Notes under the pieces: model-generated
Database searches by the model: none
What the model saw: only the letters and a program-made list of their open reading frames with translations
Told to the model about the DNA's origin: nothing
NCBI GenBank assembly: GCA_964016885.1
Contig: OZ024740.1
Coordinates: forward strand, 359,104,001 to 359,168,000
Length of the DNA: 64,000 nucleotides
Source: Eledone cirrhosa
Taxonomy: Eukaryota
Reading direction: 5' to 3'
Program-made: the position numbers and the translations under genes
In this document: positions 1 through 12,613 of the stretch, piece by piece
Numbering within the stretch: position 1 is the stretch's first letter
Layout: each line of letters begins with the position of its first letter

Positions 1-126
1 ATTTTATCGACCTCGTAAGGATGAAAGGCAAAGTTGACCTCGGCGGGATTTGAGCTCAGAATGGAAAGGGCCGTAACTGTTTGCGTCAAAGCATGTGTTC
101 CGACCTTCTACCGATACTGCCAATCC
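1..126 (-). mobile_element. tRNA-derived SINE, cut by the window edge
   Basis: Reverse complement GGATTGGCAGTATCGGTAGA...GAGCTCAAATCCCGCCGAGGTCAACTTTGCCTTTCATCCTTACGAGGTCGATAAAAT matches the copies at 3718-4107, 21886-22035 and 63161-63322. Confidence 0.85.
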
Positions 127-3100
127 AAAAGAATAAATGCAATCACGGAGCTTGGTGTAGAATAAAGGCGTATATGAACCCATATAGTCTCGCTCTAAAT
201 ATTTAAGTTTTGATCATGCTATCGTTAATTACATCTAGCTGATCCAGCAAATAAACATCAACAGGATTGTATGTTTACAAAATCATGCAAGAACATATCT
301 CAGCATCTTGCAATAAGTTATCGGGAACTGACGAAATGTAATGAGACTAAATATTTGTTTTTTACACGCAAACAAATTGTATATGGATTCATATAAACTC
401 TTATTCTGAATCACTCTGTGTTAGTTATCACTAATCACGAGCATAAATATGTGTGCATATGTGTGCCTGTGTTACATGACGATATAACATTGAAGTGTAA
501 TGAAATATAAATGGATAGTGTATGTATTTCCTGATACTTTCCTATGCCAACTTTTCTATTATCTGTTACAGATTTGTTTCTGAATAACGTAGCATGAGAT
601 ACTGGTTAATTCTTTATCTAAAGCTGTCGTTAGAATGTGTTAGTAATCTAGATGGTAATCTATTTCTATATCAATGAGACTTTCTTTTATAGAATATATT
701 AATAGCATGCTGCAAATAAACCCATGAATCATCGACATTTTATGATTTTGAACGAAGCCATTTATTTCCACTGAATCGAGAAATGTGTTACTCACTGTTT
801 CATAGATGTGTGTAGTCCAATTAATCAATCCCACAATCGTGTTAATGAAGGATCTTATGTCGATATATTGACGGTGGTTTTTGCTAGACAGTTGATGTTT
901 TCCCCGTCTTTTTTATTCTTTAAAATGTTTATATTCAACATGTTACAGCCCTAAGTGAATAATTTATTGAATATAGACATTTATCAATAAAAGCGGAAGA
1001 TTGTTAGTAAATGAATTATTTCAATGTAGTTAGTTTAGTGTATAAAAAATAACATTGATTAACTATGTTGTATTTTTAGTGAGCAATAGAACGTGTAAAT
1101 GGCGATCACTTGCTTTATATACGTGTCGTCATAATTGCCTGACACCAAGTCATAAGATATCTTCTTGCAAAATAGGCCCATCATCCTACAAATCTGATCA
1201 CTTTATAAGGCATAAGGCTAGTTATATCAGCAACATTCAAAGTCTCAGAATATTAAGACAAGGCCCATCTAGTACGGCGTTTGGATTTAATTGATATTAA
1301 TATATTTTCTTTCGACAACGCACGAGGAAAATGTTATGACACAGGATGAACTATTTTTTCTAGTTTATTAAAAGTACTTATTAATTGCAGTAAGGTTAGA
1401 ACAGGGAAATTTATCGAGATGACAAAAAAGAAAAATTCAGTGTCATTAGTTATTCTAGGATTTCGAGATCGCATATAATCCACGTACATTCTTACTGGGA
1501 ATCATTGTGTGGTCCTATGTTCTCTTTCATACGTGTAATCTTTTAAGAACCTTTGAATATCAAAATTATGAAAGATGGTGAATGGAAGGAAGCGATGAGA
1601 AAAGAGAAATCTCTTCATCAGCATCAGTATTTTTGCTATCATCATAATTATCATGATTATGATCTTGATCAGAATAAATAAAATTCTATTGAGCGAAAAT
1701 ATAAAAGCGTTTTTTTTTTTGTCTTAATATTCTGAGAGTTTGAATATTGTAGAGTTGATTAAATTGAAATATTTGTATTGATATTTTATCGATTTTTATC
1801 AATTTAAGTTAAATGCATAGTAAACTCGATTACAAATGAGTTCGGTCATGGAAAAAAACACTGTGGTAAAATGAATATGATTAAGCACTAAGACAGAGTT
1901 AATATCATAATCACAATATCCATTTTTTTAAGAATGTAAATCATGATAGCTATACATGCAGGGTGTGAATAACCGATCTTGATCTACATCGTCTAATCAA
2001 ATTTATGTTGTCGGTTAAAGCCAAGAAATTCTTATTGAAAATAAATGGCAAATAACTAAGATGTAAAACAAAAATACATTATTACCATTGTGTAATTCGA
2101 TCTTTGTGATATTCTACTGATGGTGGCATAATGGTTAGACATAAGCAACATAAACCCTAGAATTTGTTTTTATAAAAGTACGTATTAGTATCGTTAAGCT
2201 AACAATATGATAACATAGAATTTGTTTCATACCCTAGATTTCATTTAATCGATAGCTTTCCTCCAAAAGTCTTGACATATACCATAAATCATATGGAATT
2301 TTCTCGGAAATATAACAATTATTTTTTTACCAATCAAGAATAAAACCCTTTTTTTTACATGAATCTGTTATATATAATGAATTGCATTTGAACGACTTTA
2401 TAATATAGCACTGAAGTAGTGATGACTCATAATTGCTCCACGATGCTACACAATGTCTATGTACACATCATTTAATCCTTGCTGATTCAGGCAAGCAAAC
2501 TATGGTCAATACGCAAATATATCTCGGGAAATTTATATTTCACATTAAATGTTTTGTCCAAATTTAGATTAATTTACATTATTATAATGACACTCTAGTG
2601 TGGTCGTATTTAAGCCATTCTGTCACCATCACGCCAATTTCAATGTCGAGGCAATATAAATTAATTACAATAATGTTAAGTAGCTATGAATAATGTGGAT
2701 TTTCTGTGCTTTATGTGGATTTATTATAAGTTGGAGTTATGAATTAGAATGCCAGAATAAACCAACATATCCCACAAACCTTGCTATCGAACATTTTGTT
2801 CGATTTAATGTTTCTTCTGAATGGATGTTTTATAAACGCGTCCAAACATCACAGACAAAATTGTGTTCATTAAAACTGATTGCTTTGACATCCTTGATTA
2901 CTTTCGTTTTCAGTTAATAGCTATTTACTACGTGTAAATATTTTTCGGTTGTTGAATCATGATGTTTAACATATATATATATATATATTGCGTACATTAG
3001 CACAGAGCTACAAAGTTGTAAGTGGACAATGATTGATTGAATCTATTCCTATATGTGATTAATGAGGGGAGGATTAAAACAAATTTCCCCCACTTTGTTC

Positions 3101-3717
3101 TTTATTCGGATTAATGAGCAACATAATTATTTACTGCGACGCCTTTACATCCGCATGTACAAGGTTTTTATGACACCAACATACTACGATAAGACATTTT
3201 ATAAAACGGAAAGATGCAGCCGAAAATGTAATCAGAAATACACTGAAATACGGCTGCAACAACTTTGAGAACAAGTCTACTCAATTATGGTTGGCATCAT
3301 CTAAAAGACTGTTATAAAATATCTCTGTATTTTCAGAATGTGTCTTTGCCAAAAGCATAATTTCTCTATATTAATGTAAAAACATATTTTGAGATAGCTT
3401 TCAATGACAATGCAATAAGCGTCATTTTTACATACACTCCACTACTGAAAATTAACATTTCGTCCGACCTAAAGATATTGCTATAAAAATGTATTATTTA
3501 AAATTGAGAGCCTCGCGGAAAATCAGTGGAACGTCAGACTAAATGACTGGTGGTACTTAGTTATGTCAATTTTTGTTATGAGTTATAAAGCCCACTGACT
3601 CGACTTTGCCTTACGTTCACCGGAGTTGATGAAGCCGTTAAATATTGGTATTGATCTAATCGACCATCCTTTCCCCAAATATTTGTAGTATCGAACTAAC
3701 ATTAACTGTCATTATTT

Positions 3718-4107
3718 GGATTGGCAGTGGATTGGCGGTGGATTGGCAGTATCGGTAGAGGGTCGGACGCCATGCTTTGACGCATAGAGTTACGGTCCTT
3801 GCCATTCTGAGTTCAAATCCCGCCGAGGTTTACTTTGACTTTCTTCCTTACGGGGTCGATAAAATAAAGTACCAGTAATGCACTGGATAATTGCTGGCCT
3901 TGTGCCAAACGTAGAAACAATTATTTGGATTGGCAGTATCAGTAGAGGGTCGGACGCCATTCTTTGACGCATAGAGTTACGGCCCTTTCCATTCTGAGTT
4001 CAAATCCCACCGAGATTTGCCTTTCATCCTTACGTCGATAAAATAAAGTACCAGTAATGCACTGGGTAATTGCTGGCCTTCTGCCAAAAAGTAGAAACAA
4101 TTATTTA
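3718..4107 (+). mobile_element. Head-to-tail dimer of the tRNA-derived SINE
   Basis: Two units (about 3718-3926 and 3927-4107). Each has a B-box-like GAGTTCAAATCC, a CTTTCATCCTTACG..GTCGATAAAATAAAGTACCAG-type core and a GGCCTT(G/C)TGCCAAA..GTAGAAACAATTATT tail. The first head has three copies of GGATTGGC(A/G)GT. Confidence 0.85.
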
Positions 4108-5401
4108 TAATAAATCTCGGAAGCCCCACACAAAGGATAGATATCACCTTACCTTCTTTTGACTAAACTATACAAAGGAGGGAGGTCGATGACAGAAACA
4201 TTTGAGCGTCAGATTAAATGTGTTGTTTACTTACAGCTTTCGCCTTCTGAGGTATAGCTGTCCTTTAATCCTTAAAATAAATAAAGTCACTGAAGTAAAT
4301 GCTAAAGTTAATATAATCGACTATTAACCCGACCCAAACAAATATGTATGGTGTGGTACTTATGTTACACATATATATAAACATTGATTTCTAATATATA
4401 AAACCAAACATATTCAAAAAAGGTACAATCGATTTATACGGGACCCTAGTTCTTGAGAATTATTTTATTTTATCGATTCTGGAAAACGGTTTAAATGTAA
4501 TGAACTGTAACTCAATACCGTAAGACATTTCGTCAAATATTACCGATCAAACTTATCAAACATTTCTCTATTTATTTGCATACAAGAAACGTTCGATGTA
4601 CAAGCAATTTATTTTACAACATAGTTTACTATTTCTTTATTTACTAGCTGAAAAAATTAATTGCCTTGTCCGATTACGCAATTTAGGGTTTGACAAAACG
4701 GCGTCACATAAATGTCAAGAACTAATGAGAAAATGTGATTCTAATCTAATGCATTATAATCTTCGTTATAAAATATATTATGAAATTGGACTCAAATATT
4801 TATTCAAATGAAGTATGTTTATCAAATGAATATTCACAAAATATTACAAACTTCATACAACTTCAGTTGCAGGTGTAAATTTGTTATTTATTTTAATCAA
4901 CAGACTATTCTGTTTTCAGAACTAGGAAAGAATAAGTTCTATGAGAGGCTTCGAGAATTAAATTTGATGAGAGATTAAAGTTTTAAAATGTTTCAATCGG
5001 ACCAAGAAAACAATATTTCCATTGCTACTACTCTATCAGTCGCAACTCCTGGAGAATAAAGGTGGAATTTGAAATGAGAACGCTCAGAGCCAGTTCATGT
5101 ATCATGGAACAGTCGACTCTTTAACAATTCTGCCAATATACAGTCTTGGACGAGTACTTTACTTATATAACACGAACGGAGAAAAAGCAAGATTGGCCGC
5201 GGTTGAATTAAAAGTTGGAACCTTTAAGTCGAAAAAATACTACGGTCTTTAACCTGACTCTGTAACAACTTTCCCAATAGACTGTCTCTAATTCAAAATA
5301 TTTATAGCGTATATTTTGAAAGTTTTCTTAGAATGTGAATTTAGTTTCCATGAAGAATTTATCAAATCTTCAAAAAAAATTTTTTATTCTCTTTTTGTCA
5401 G

Positions 5402-5473
5402 GTTTCTTCATGCCAATCAAATCCATTCCATTGAATATATGACATTCGCAAATTTGAAGAATTTAGATCATTT
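5402..5473 (+). CDS. LRR exon of an LGR4/5/6-type (rickets-like) leucine-rich-repeat GPCR
   Basis: Pyrimidine tract plus cag|G acceptor and TT|gtaagt donor. 72 bp, phase 2-2, encodes (L)FLHANQIHSIEYMTFANLKNLDHL, one 24-aa LRR. Confidence 0.85.
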
Positions 5474-5581
5474 GTAAGTATTCAAATTCCTTGGCCTGTC
5501 TCAGAATGTACTTCGATGAGGACTTATATGTGATTTTGCGGCTTTATTTATGTCCAGGTTTATGTATATATATTGTATATC

Positions 5582-5655
<74 letters not shown>

Positions 5656-6099
5656 TATGTATATATGTATATATGAGTGTGAGTTAGATATTTAGCTTAA
5701 ATGAAAATGTTTGACCTACAATTGATGTAAAACACTCATTTTATTCTAAGGTAAAATTATATCCCTAAATTTATGCACATTCGTGTGTCATATATCGTCG
5801 GTGTCATCTTGATTCTAAGCATTGGTTTCTGTTTAGATTCAGTTAAATATTGCCAGCATGATACCTATGATGGACAAGAATGCACACAGTTTGCTATAGA
5901 AGAGTCTGGAGACGGTTATAACACGTTCATCTTCATCCTCTTGTCAGTGTATCGTTGGTCATCATGGAGTCTTTGTTGGTTTTCGAAAGCATCTGTACCA
6001 TTAAAGATAGTTAGTTTCGCGTTTTACGATTTAGTTATCTCCTTTTAAATATATGGGATAATTCATGTTTGGATCAGAGATGACATGAGTTAGTACTTA

Positions 6100-6893
6100 A
6101 ACGTCGCTTGGGTGCCCCACGAAGCCTGGTGCCACTATTAAGTTTTCTCAAGAAAATGTGGGTCGGTGACAGTACATTCTGGCATCACATCCTGCCCAGT
6201 GTAAACAATGATGTATCAGATTCAATGCTGAGGATAGAAATTCTCAAGAGGACCTCATCGTTTGGGGTGAGATATTTCATCTTAATGTAGAGGGTGCGGT
6301 GCAGATTCGTTTGTTGGAATCATTCTAGCAGTCTTAAATTTCGATTGTACAAGCGTCAAGCAGGGTTGAGAGAACGATTGCTTTAAAAACTATGACTTTC
6401 GCGTTGAAAATAAGTCTGTGATGTTCAAAGACTATGAACGAGCCTGCCATATTTACTGTGGACAGCCATAAATCTATTATTGATATTATTTTCACTGGTA
6501 CTTTCAACTGACACGATGATAACAAGATATTAAAATTGTGACCTCGTGTAAGTACGTCAACAGCTCGTGCGATATATCTTGGCTGGATTAGAATCTTGTC
6601 AATGTTGACTTGCATTCCAAAACGATCATTTACTTGTTGATATTTGACATGCAACCCATATATGTTCGTGTCTATGTCCGTCATCTTTTAACGATTTAGT
6701 TCTTCATCTGTTGATGTTGCATTGTCATTTTGTATATTGTAGCTCATGCACTTCGTTGACAGTTGATTTTCCTTGGAACAGAAACGAGAGATATTGAACA
6801 ATCCACCGCTTAAGCAATAGCGGACATTCACACCATGAGTATAAGGAGGTAATTCGTTGGATATAGCAGCAAATAATGCTGGTGCCAACACAC
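6100..6893 (-). mobile_element. Degenerate RTE (BovB-like) LINE fragment
   Basis: Broken ORFs with LAPALF...GVNVRYCLSGGLFNISRF and AKVIVFKAIVLSTLLDAC, typical of the RTE/BovB RT and C-terminal region. Confidence 0.7.
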
Positions 6894-7193
6894 AGGCGCT
6901 CTAGAAATGATACCTAAGGGCTCTCATGATTACTTATCCCAAATCCCGAGAAACCCGTGTATAGAAGAGATACAAAAGATAGTACTAATGGGAACTGCCC
7001 ATATACTAAGGAAGATTCTGTCAATATAAATACATCACAAGTCTAAACACCTAAAGATGCATGTATGTGTGTATGTGTTGTTTCTTGAACATGGCGGACC
7101 TTGTTGTCTCTTGAGGTCACTGGTTGTGGCTTGGTGATAACTCGTATGAACATAAAGCAAAATAAATGAAATAATAATAATAATAATAATAAT
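6894..7193 (+). mobile_element. 3' fragment of R4/Dong-like RLE LINE family A with (AAT)n tail
   Basis: Encodes ...IQKIVLMGTAHILRKILSI*. Its 3'UTR is very similar to the reverse complement of 46352-46630 and it ends in (AAT)n. Confidence 0.85.
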
Positions 7194-10041
7194 GATTTCT
7201 TTATTGGCCACAAGGGCTGACATGAAGAAAAACATTAGAGACGGCACAGAACAGTAGAGGACGATACAAAGTGGGTTTTGGTCGTGTAAACAGGTTTTAA
7301 CAAAATCGGGCTAGAAATCCAAAAAAATTCAAACAACAAAAATTACCCAAGAAGGGTAAACCTCCGCGGGTCACTCATGGTGAAAACCACACAAAAGACC
7401 ACGGCCACCCTGACCACCATGGCAAGCGCCCTCTCTCACTTTTCCCATTCCTCAGTCTACAGGCGTATACTCAGAACGGGCCTATTCACTCGGACTAGAC
7501 TCGCCACTTTCACCCAGCTTTCAACAAACTTATTAAAAGACAGCACTTGTCTCTCCACCCTGATTTTCCTCTTCAAGTGAAACTTGAAAAAGTTAATCAA
7601 GGATTGGCCGGAGAGGAAAGTGTCCGTCTTCAACCCTTTCAATCTTGCCCACCACACAATCTCTTTCGTCATGGCCACCAGGCAGATGAAAACTGCCTGC
7701 CCTTCCACCTCTTTAAAGGAGGATGGCGGGGTTATCTGCACAATGGACTCAGTCGATAACCGGATCCGTCCTACAAGCGACAGTAGCTGTTCGACATAGC
7801 TCCACAAGTCAGCAATCCTCGGGCACTGAACGAGTGCGGGCAGGACGGTTTCGTTGCCCTGCGCGCATCTCGGACAGGCTCGGCTGACAGCACCTTCGTC
7901 CTTGTAGAGCTTATCCCGAACCCACAACGCTCCCCGGTAGCATTGCCAGGGATTTCTGGAAGTTGTCCATAGGCCCCGGTCTGAAAGTTCTCTTGAAGAG
8001 AGCGAACAGCTTATCGTCTTCGACGCGCAGGGTCTCCCCGAGATCGTCGTCACTCTTTCCCTCACCAAGCCCTCTATAGAACGCCGAGGTGAATATTCCA
8101 CTGATACTAGTGCCCAGCCGGTAGAGGGCGGTGAGCGCGTGGAGACATTCCGGCTACCAAGCGCTATCCCTCGGTCTTTTCCTGATCCAGGAATGGAGCT
8201 CCGTCAAGGAGACGAGCTGGGAAAAAGCGTGTCTGAGAAACGGCGACCATAGCTGTTCACCGTCAAGGAACCACCAGAGATGTCGCAGCCTCAGCGCATG
8301 TTTGCGCATCATCAGCCACGGCATGCCCAGCCCTTCACGCAACCCATTTATGGGTGAGAGAGGCCACCATGCTCTTCACCTCGCTCCAGTTTTTCTCCAT
8401 CTGGAGGTCCGGACCGAACCAGAACTCTAGCAATTTAACCGGTCCTTCCGTCCCGTGCCCCACGATGCAGTCGGACGGCATGGACTGGCCGCTCCAGGTG
8501 CCTAGTTGCAAGCCCACCGACTTTTCCGGCTTATATTTGCTCCTGTCACCGCTTCGTATTCATTGAGAGCGGTACTGAGCATCTGGACGTGTTTGGTGCT
8601 CGACACCACCAGGGTGACGTCGTCGGCGCAAGCTGACACGGATCTCCCGCATCCCAGTTCACATGAGAACCCCCTCATCGTCTCCAATTTGTGTAGTAAC
8701 GGCTCTAGGGCCAGTACATACAAGAGGGACCAGAGGAGGAAACCCTGGCGGACCGAGAGCATGATTCTGAAAGGCTGCGACAAGTGACCATTCACCCTCA
8801 CAATCGAGCAGATGTCGCTGTGCATCGCAGCGATCCAGCCCCTAAAAACAGGCCCGAATCCGGCCGCCTCGAGGACACAGACAGGTACTGATGGTCGACC
8901 CTATCAAATGCTTTAGATTAATCCAAGTCGATCACGGCCCCACTCGTGCCAGGTTCTTTAACCACCCTCTCTAGGATGTATCGCATGAGATGGAGGTTGT
9001 CGTGGATGGATCTGTCCGAAATGACGCATGTCTGCGCCTCTCCCACCAGATCACTGACAACAAGCGCCAATCTCTTTTCTAACACCTTGGCCAAAATCTT
9101 AAACTTTGCATTTAGCAGAGTTATGGGCCTGAAGTTGTCTATAACGTCCCCCTTGTTCAGGTCTTTTCTCAGCAGCGCCACCGCTCCCCGGCTCACAAAA
9201 CTGGGAATGCTCCGGTTCTGCTGCCAGTTGCAGTAGACATCTGCCAAAAGGTCGCCGAACAAGTCTGGCATATACGCATAAAGCTCGTAGGGCAGACCAT
9301 CCCCACCTGGCTATTTACCCCTTGTGCTGTCAGACATCGCTTCCCGTATTTCACCTGCTGTTATCGGCTTTTCGCAGCATTGCTCTGCGGTCTTAGTGAG
9401 CCGCGGCAGTCCGTCGAGGTATGCACCGAAGTCCATATTCCGATCCAGCCCGCCGCCGCTCCCGAACAATTGAGCAAAGTGCTGTTGAAAAGCCGCACAC
9501 ATCTGCTCGGGTTCGAGCAACATGCGCCCGTTTTGATCAGGCAAAGACCGAATTGTGGTCTTGTTGCCACGTCGCGCCTCCACCACCTAGGCCCATTGAA
9601 CGGCTTTCGTCCTTTCGTGTCCTAGAGCACGCGCTCTAGCTCTGACAACGCAGCCTTCATGCTTTGCGTTGAAGAATTGGTCGAGTGCCAATCTCGCCGC
9701 AAGCAGGTCGTTTGCGATGCCTGTCCTAAACGCCTCCTCTATCTCTACTCCTTTGCTAAACCTTATCGATTCTACTCTAATAGCCCTTTTCAGGGTAAAC
9801 CACCACCTGTTGTTGACGATCGCACCCATCAATGCACGCTTGACTAATTCGCTAATCCGGTCTCTGTAAGCTTTGCGCACCGGGAACGACGCCTTCAGCT
9901 TCCAGTAACCGGGCCCTTGCCTATGGAGTCTATCTAAGTCAACTTCACAGGTCACAAATGTGTGGTCCGTGTAGTCGACTACTTTAAATTGTCGACAACC
10001 TACACTAGCCTTATCTGTTTCCCTACAGAATACCCAATCTC
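7194..10041 (-). mobile_element. Tx1-clade LINE copy 1 (5'-truncated, diverged subfamily)
   Basis: Frameshifted ORF2 remnants: GPGYWKL, NFRPITLLNAKFKILAKVL, SACADDVT and C-terminal CPRCAQGNETV. 3' end CCCTTGTGGCCAATAAAGAAATC followed by (ATT)n; (ATT)n also lies at the truncated 5' junction. Confidence 0.92.
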
Positions 10042-10059
10042 AATAATAATAATAATAAT

Positions 10060-12613
10060 GCTTTCTTTATTAACCACAAGGGTTTACAGAGAGTAAAACA
10101 TTAAGGACAATACAGGACAATACAGGACGGTACAAATGGGCATTTCTGCGTGTAAAAAAAAAAGAAAACAGAGGATGTAACAAAAAAAGAAACAATGAAA
10201 AATTCTCCACTAGGGAGGAAACTTCCGAGAGACATTCGTGGAGAAAGCCCATTAAAAAAGCCACGGTGACCCTGACCACCAGGGCAAGTGCCCTCTCCCA
10301 GTTTTTCACCTTCAATTTATAGGCGCATACTCAGAGTAGGCCCATTCACTCGGGCCAGGCTTGCTTCTTTCACCCATCTTTCAACAAAATGCTGGGAAGA
10401 GAGCACTTCCCTCTCTACCCTGATTTTCCTTTTCAAATGAAATTTGATAAGGTTAATCAGGGCATCACCGAAGAGGTAAGTGGTCGTCTTCGGCCCTTTA
10501 AAACGTGTCCACCACACTATCTCTTTCGCCATGGCCACAAGATAGATAAAAACTGCCTGCCCTTCCCGGCTTAAAGAAGAGCGCGGAGCAATCCTCACAA
10601 TTGACTCAGCTGGTTGCCGGGTCCGTCCTACACGCGAGAGCAGGTGTTCGACATAAACCCACAAGTCAGCAATGCTCGGACACTAGACAAGTGCGTGCAG
10701 GACGGTTTTCGTCGCTCTGCGCACATCTCGGACATGCTCGGCTGACGGCACTTCCATGCCTGTAGAGTTTAACCCGAACTGGCAAAGCTCCTCGGTAACA
10801 CTGCCAAGCCAGAGATTTCTGGAAGTTGTCCATGAGTCCCGGCCCGAAAGTTCTCCCGAAGAGATGGGCTAGTTGATTTTCGTCGACGCCCAGAGTCTCC
10901 CCAAGGACGCCGTCGCTCTTTCCCTCCACTAAACCACTATAGAACGCCAAGGTAGAGTTTCCACCGATCGCATTGCCCGATTGGTCGAGGGCTGTAAGTG
11001 CCTGAAGACATTCCAGTTTCCAAGCGCTCCCTCTCGGTCTTCGTTTGACCCAGGACTGCAGCTCCGTCAAGGAGACGAGCTGGTGAAATACGCGTCTAGC
11101 AAACGGCGACTACACGTTATCACCGTCGAGGAAGAGGTGGAAATGCCGTAGCCTGAACGCATTTTTGCGCATCATCAACCACGGCATGCCCAGCCCTCCA
11201 TGTAGCGGGTGTTGACAGCAAACGGACTTCCTGACTGTCGGAGCGCGTCCCTTCGACAAAAGCGAAAGAGCAAACGCTCCAGCGTAGTCAAGCGAGGCTT
11301 AGGACAAGGCACGAAGGTCAGGTGGTAATAGATGACGAACTTTCAGGGATAGCTTCCTCTCGGCCCATTTCTGGGTGAGAGAGGCCACCCTGCTCATCAC
11401 ATCGTCCCAGTTTTTTTCCGTCTGGAGGTCAGGACCGAACCACATCCCTAGCAATTTGACCGGTCTGTCCAGCGCCCGATGACGCTGTTGGACGACATGG
11501 ACCTGCCTTTCCAGGTGCCGAGCTGTAGGCCCATCGACTCTTCCTGGTTAATCATTGCTCCTGTCACCGCCTCGTATTTTCTTAGTGTAGTGCCGATCGC
11601 CTCGATGTGTTTAGCATTCGACACCACTACGATGACGTCGTTGGCATATGCTGACACGGTTCTCCCGCATCCTAGTTCGCGCGGAACGCCGCTCACCGTC
11701 TCCATTTTGTGCAGTAATGTTCGAGAGACAATACGTACAACAGGGACTAGAGGGGATATCCTTGATCTAAATTGATCAAGGCACCTCCCGTGCCAGGTTA
11801 GTTAGCAACCCTCTCCACCATGTATCGCATAAGGTGGAGGTTGTCGTGGATGGATCTGTCTGGAATGGCACATGTCTGCGCCTCTCCCACCAGACCACCG
11901 ACGACAAGCGCCAACCTCTTTGATAGTACCTTGGTCAAAATTTTGAACTCTGCGTTTAGCAGAGTTATGGGCCTGAAATTATCTATCTTGTCTCCCTTGT
12001 TCGGGTCCTTTCTCAGCAGCGCTACCGCTCCACGGCTCACAGAGCTGAGAATTTTCCGGTCTGCTGCCATTTGCAGTAGTCGTTTGCCAAGACGTCTCGA
12101 ACAAGTCTGGCATGTGTACGTAAAGCTCGAAGGGCAGACGATCCAAACCAGGCGGTATACCCATCGTGCAGTCAATCATTGCTACTCGTATTTCAGCGAC
12201 TGTTATCGGCCTTTCGCAACGCTCCGTCTCAGTGGCCGAGAGCCGCGGCGGTCCGTCGAGGTAGGCGCTAAAGTCCATCCCGCGATCAGACCCACCGCTG
12301 CCCCCGAACAGCTGACCGAAGTGCCGCTGAAAAGCCGCACATATTTGCTCGGGTTCAAGTAACATACGCCCTTCGTAGTCCTCCAAAGACCGGATCGTGG
12401 CTTTGTTGCTATGTCACGCCTACGTCATTCGGGCCGATCGAACGGCTTTTGTCCCCTCGTTTCTGAGAGCACGCGCCCTAGCTCTGATAACGCAGCCTTC
12501 GTGCTTTGCGTTGAAGAATTGGTCGAGGGTCAATTTCGCCGCAAGCACGTCGGTTGTGATGCCTTTACTAAGCGACTGAACTAATTTTCTAACTAGTTCT
12601 CCCTCTGCTCTAT
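10060..12613 (-). mobile_element. Tx1-clade LINE copy 2 (3' part of ORF2 and 3'UTR)
   Basis: RT and C-terminal remnants, more decayed than copy 3, with an internal deletion near 11760. 3' end CCCTTGTGGTTAATAAAGAAAGC followed by (ATT)n at 10042-10059. Confidence 0.9.

Noticed and set aside
571-4980. Candidate splice acceptors at about 571, 3337 and 4919 as extra LRR exons
   Set aside because: Stop codons or no LRR pattern in the required phase, and no matching donor.
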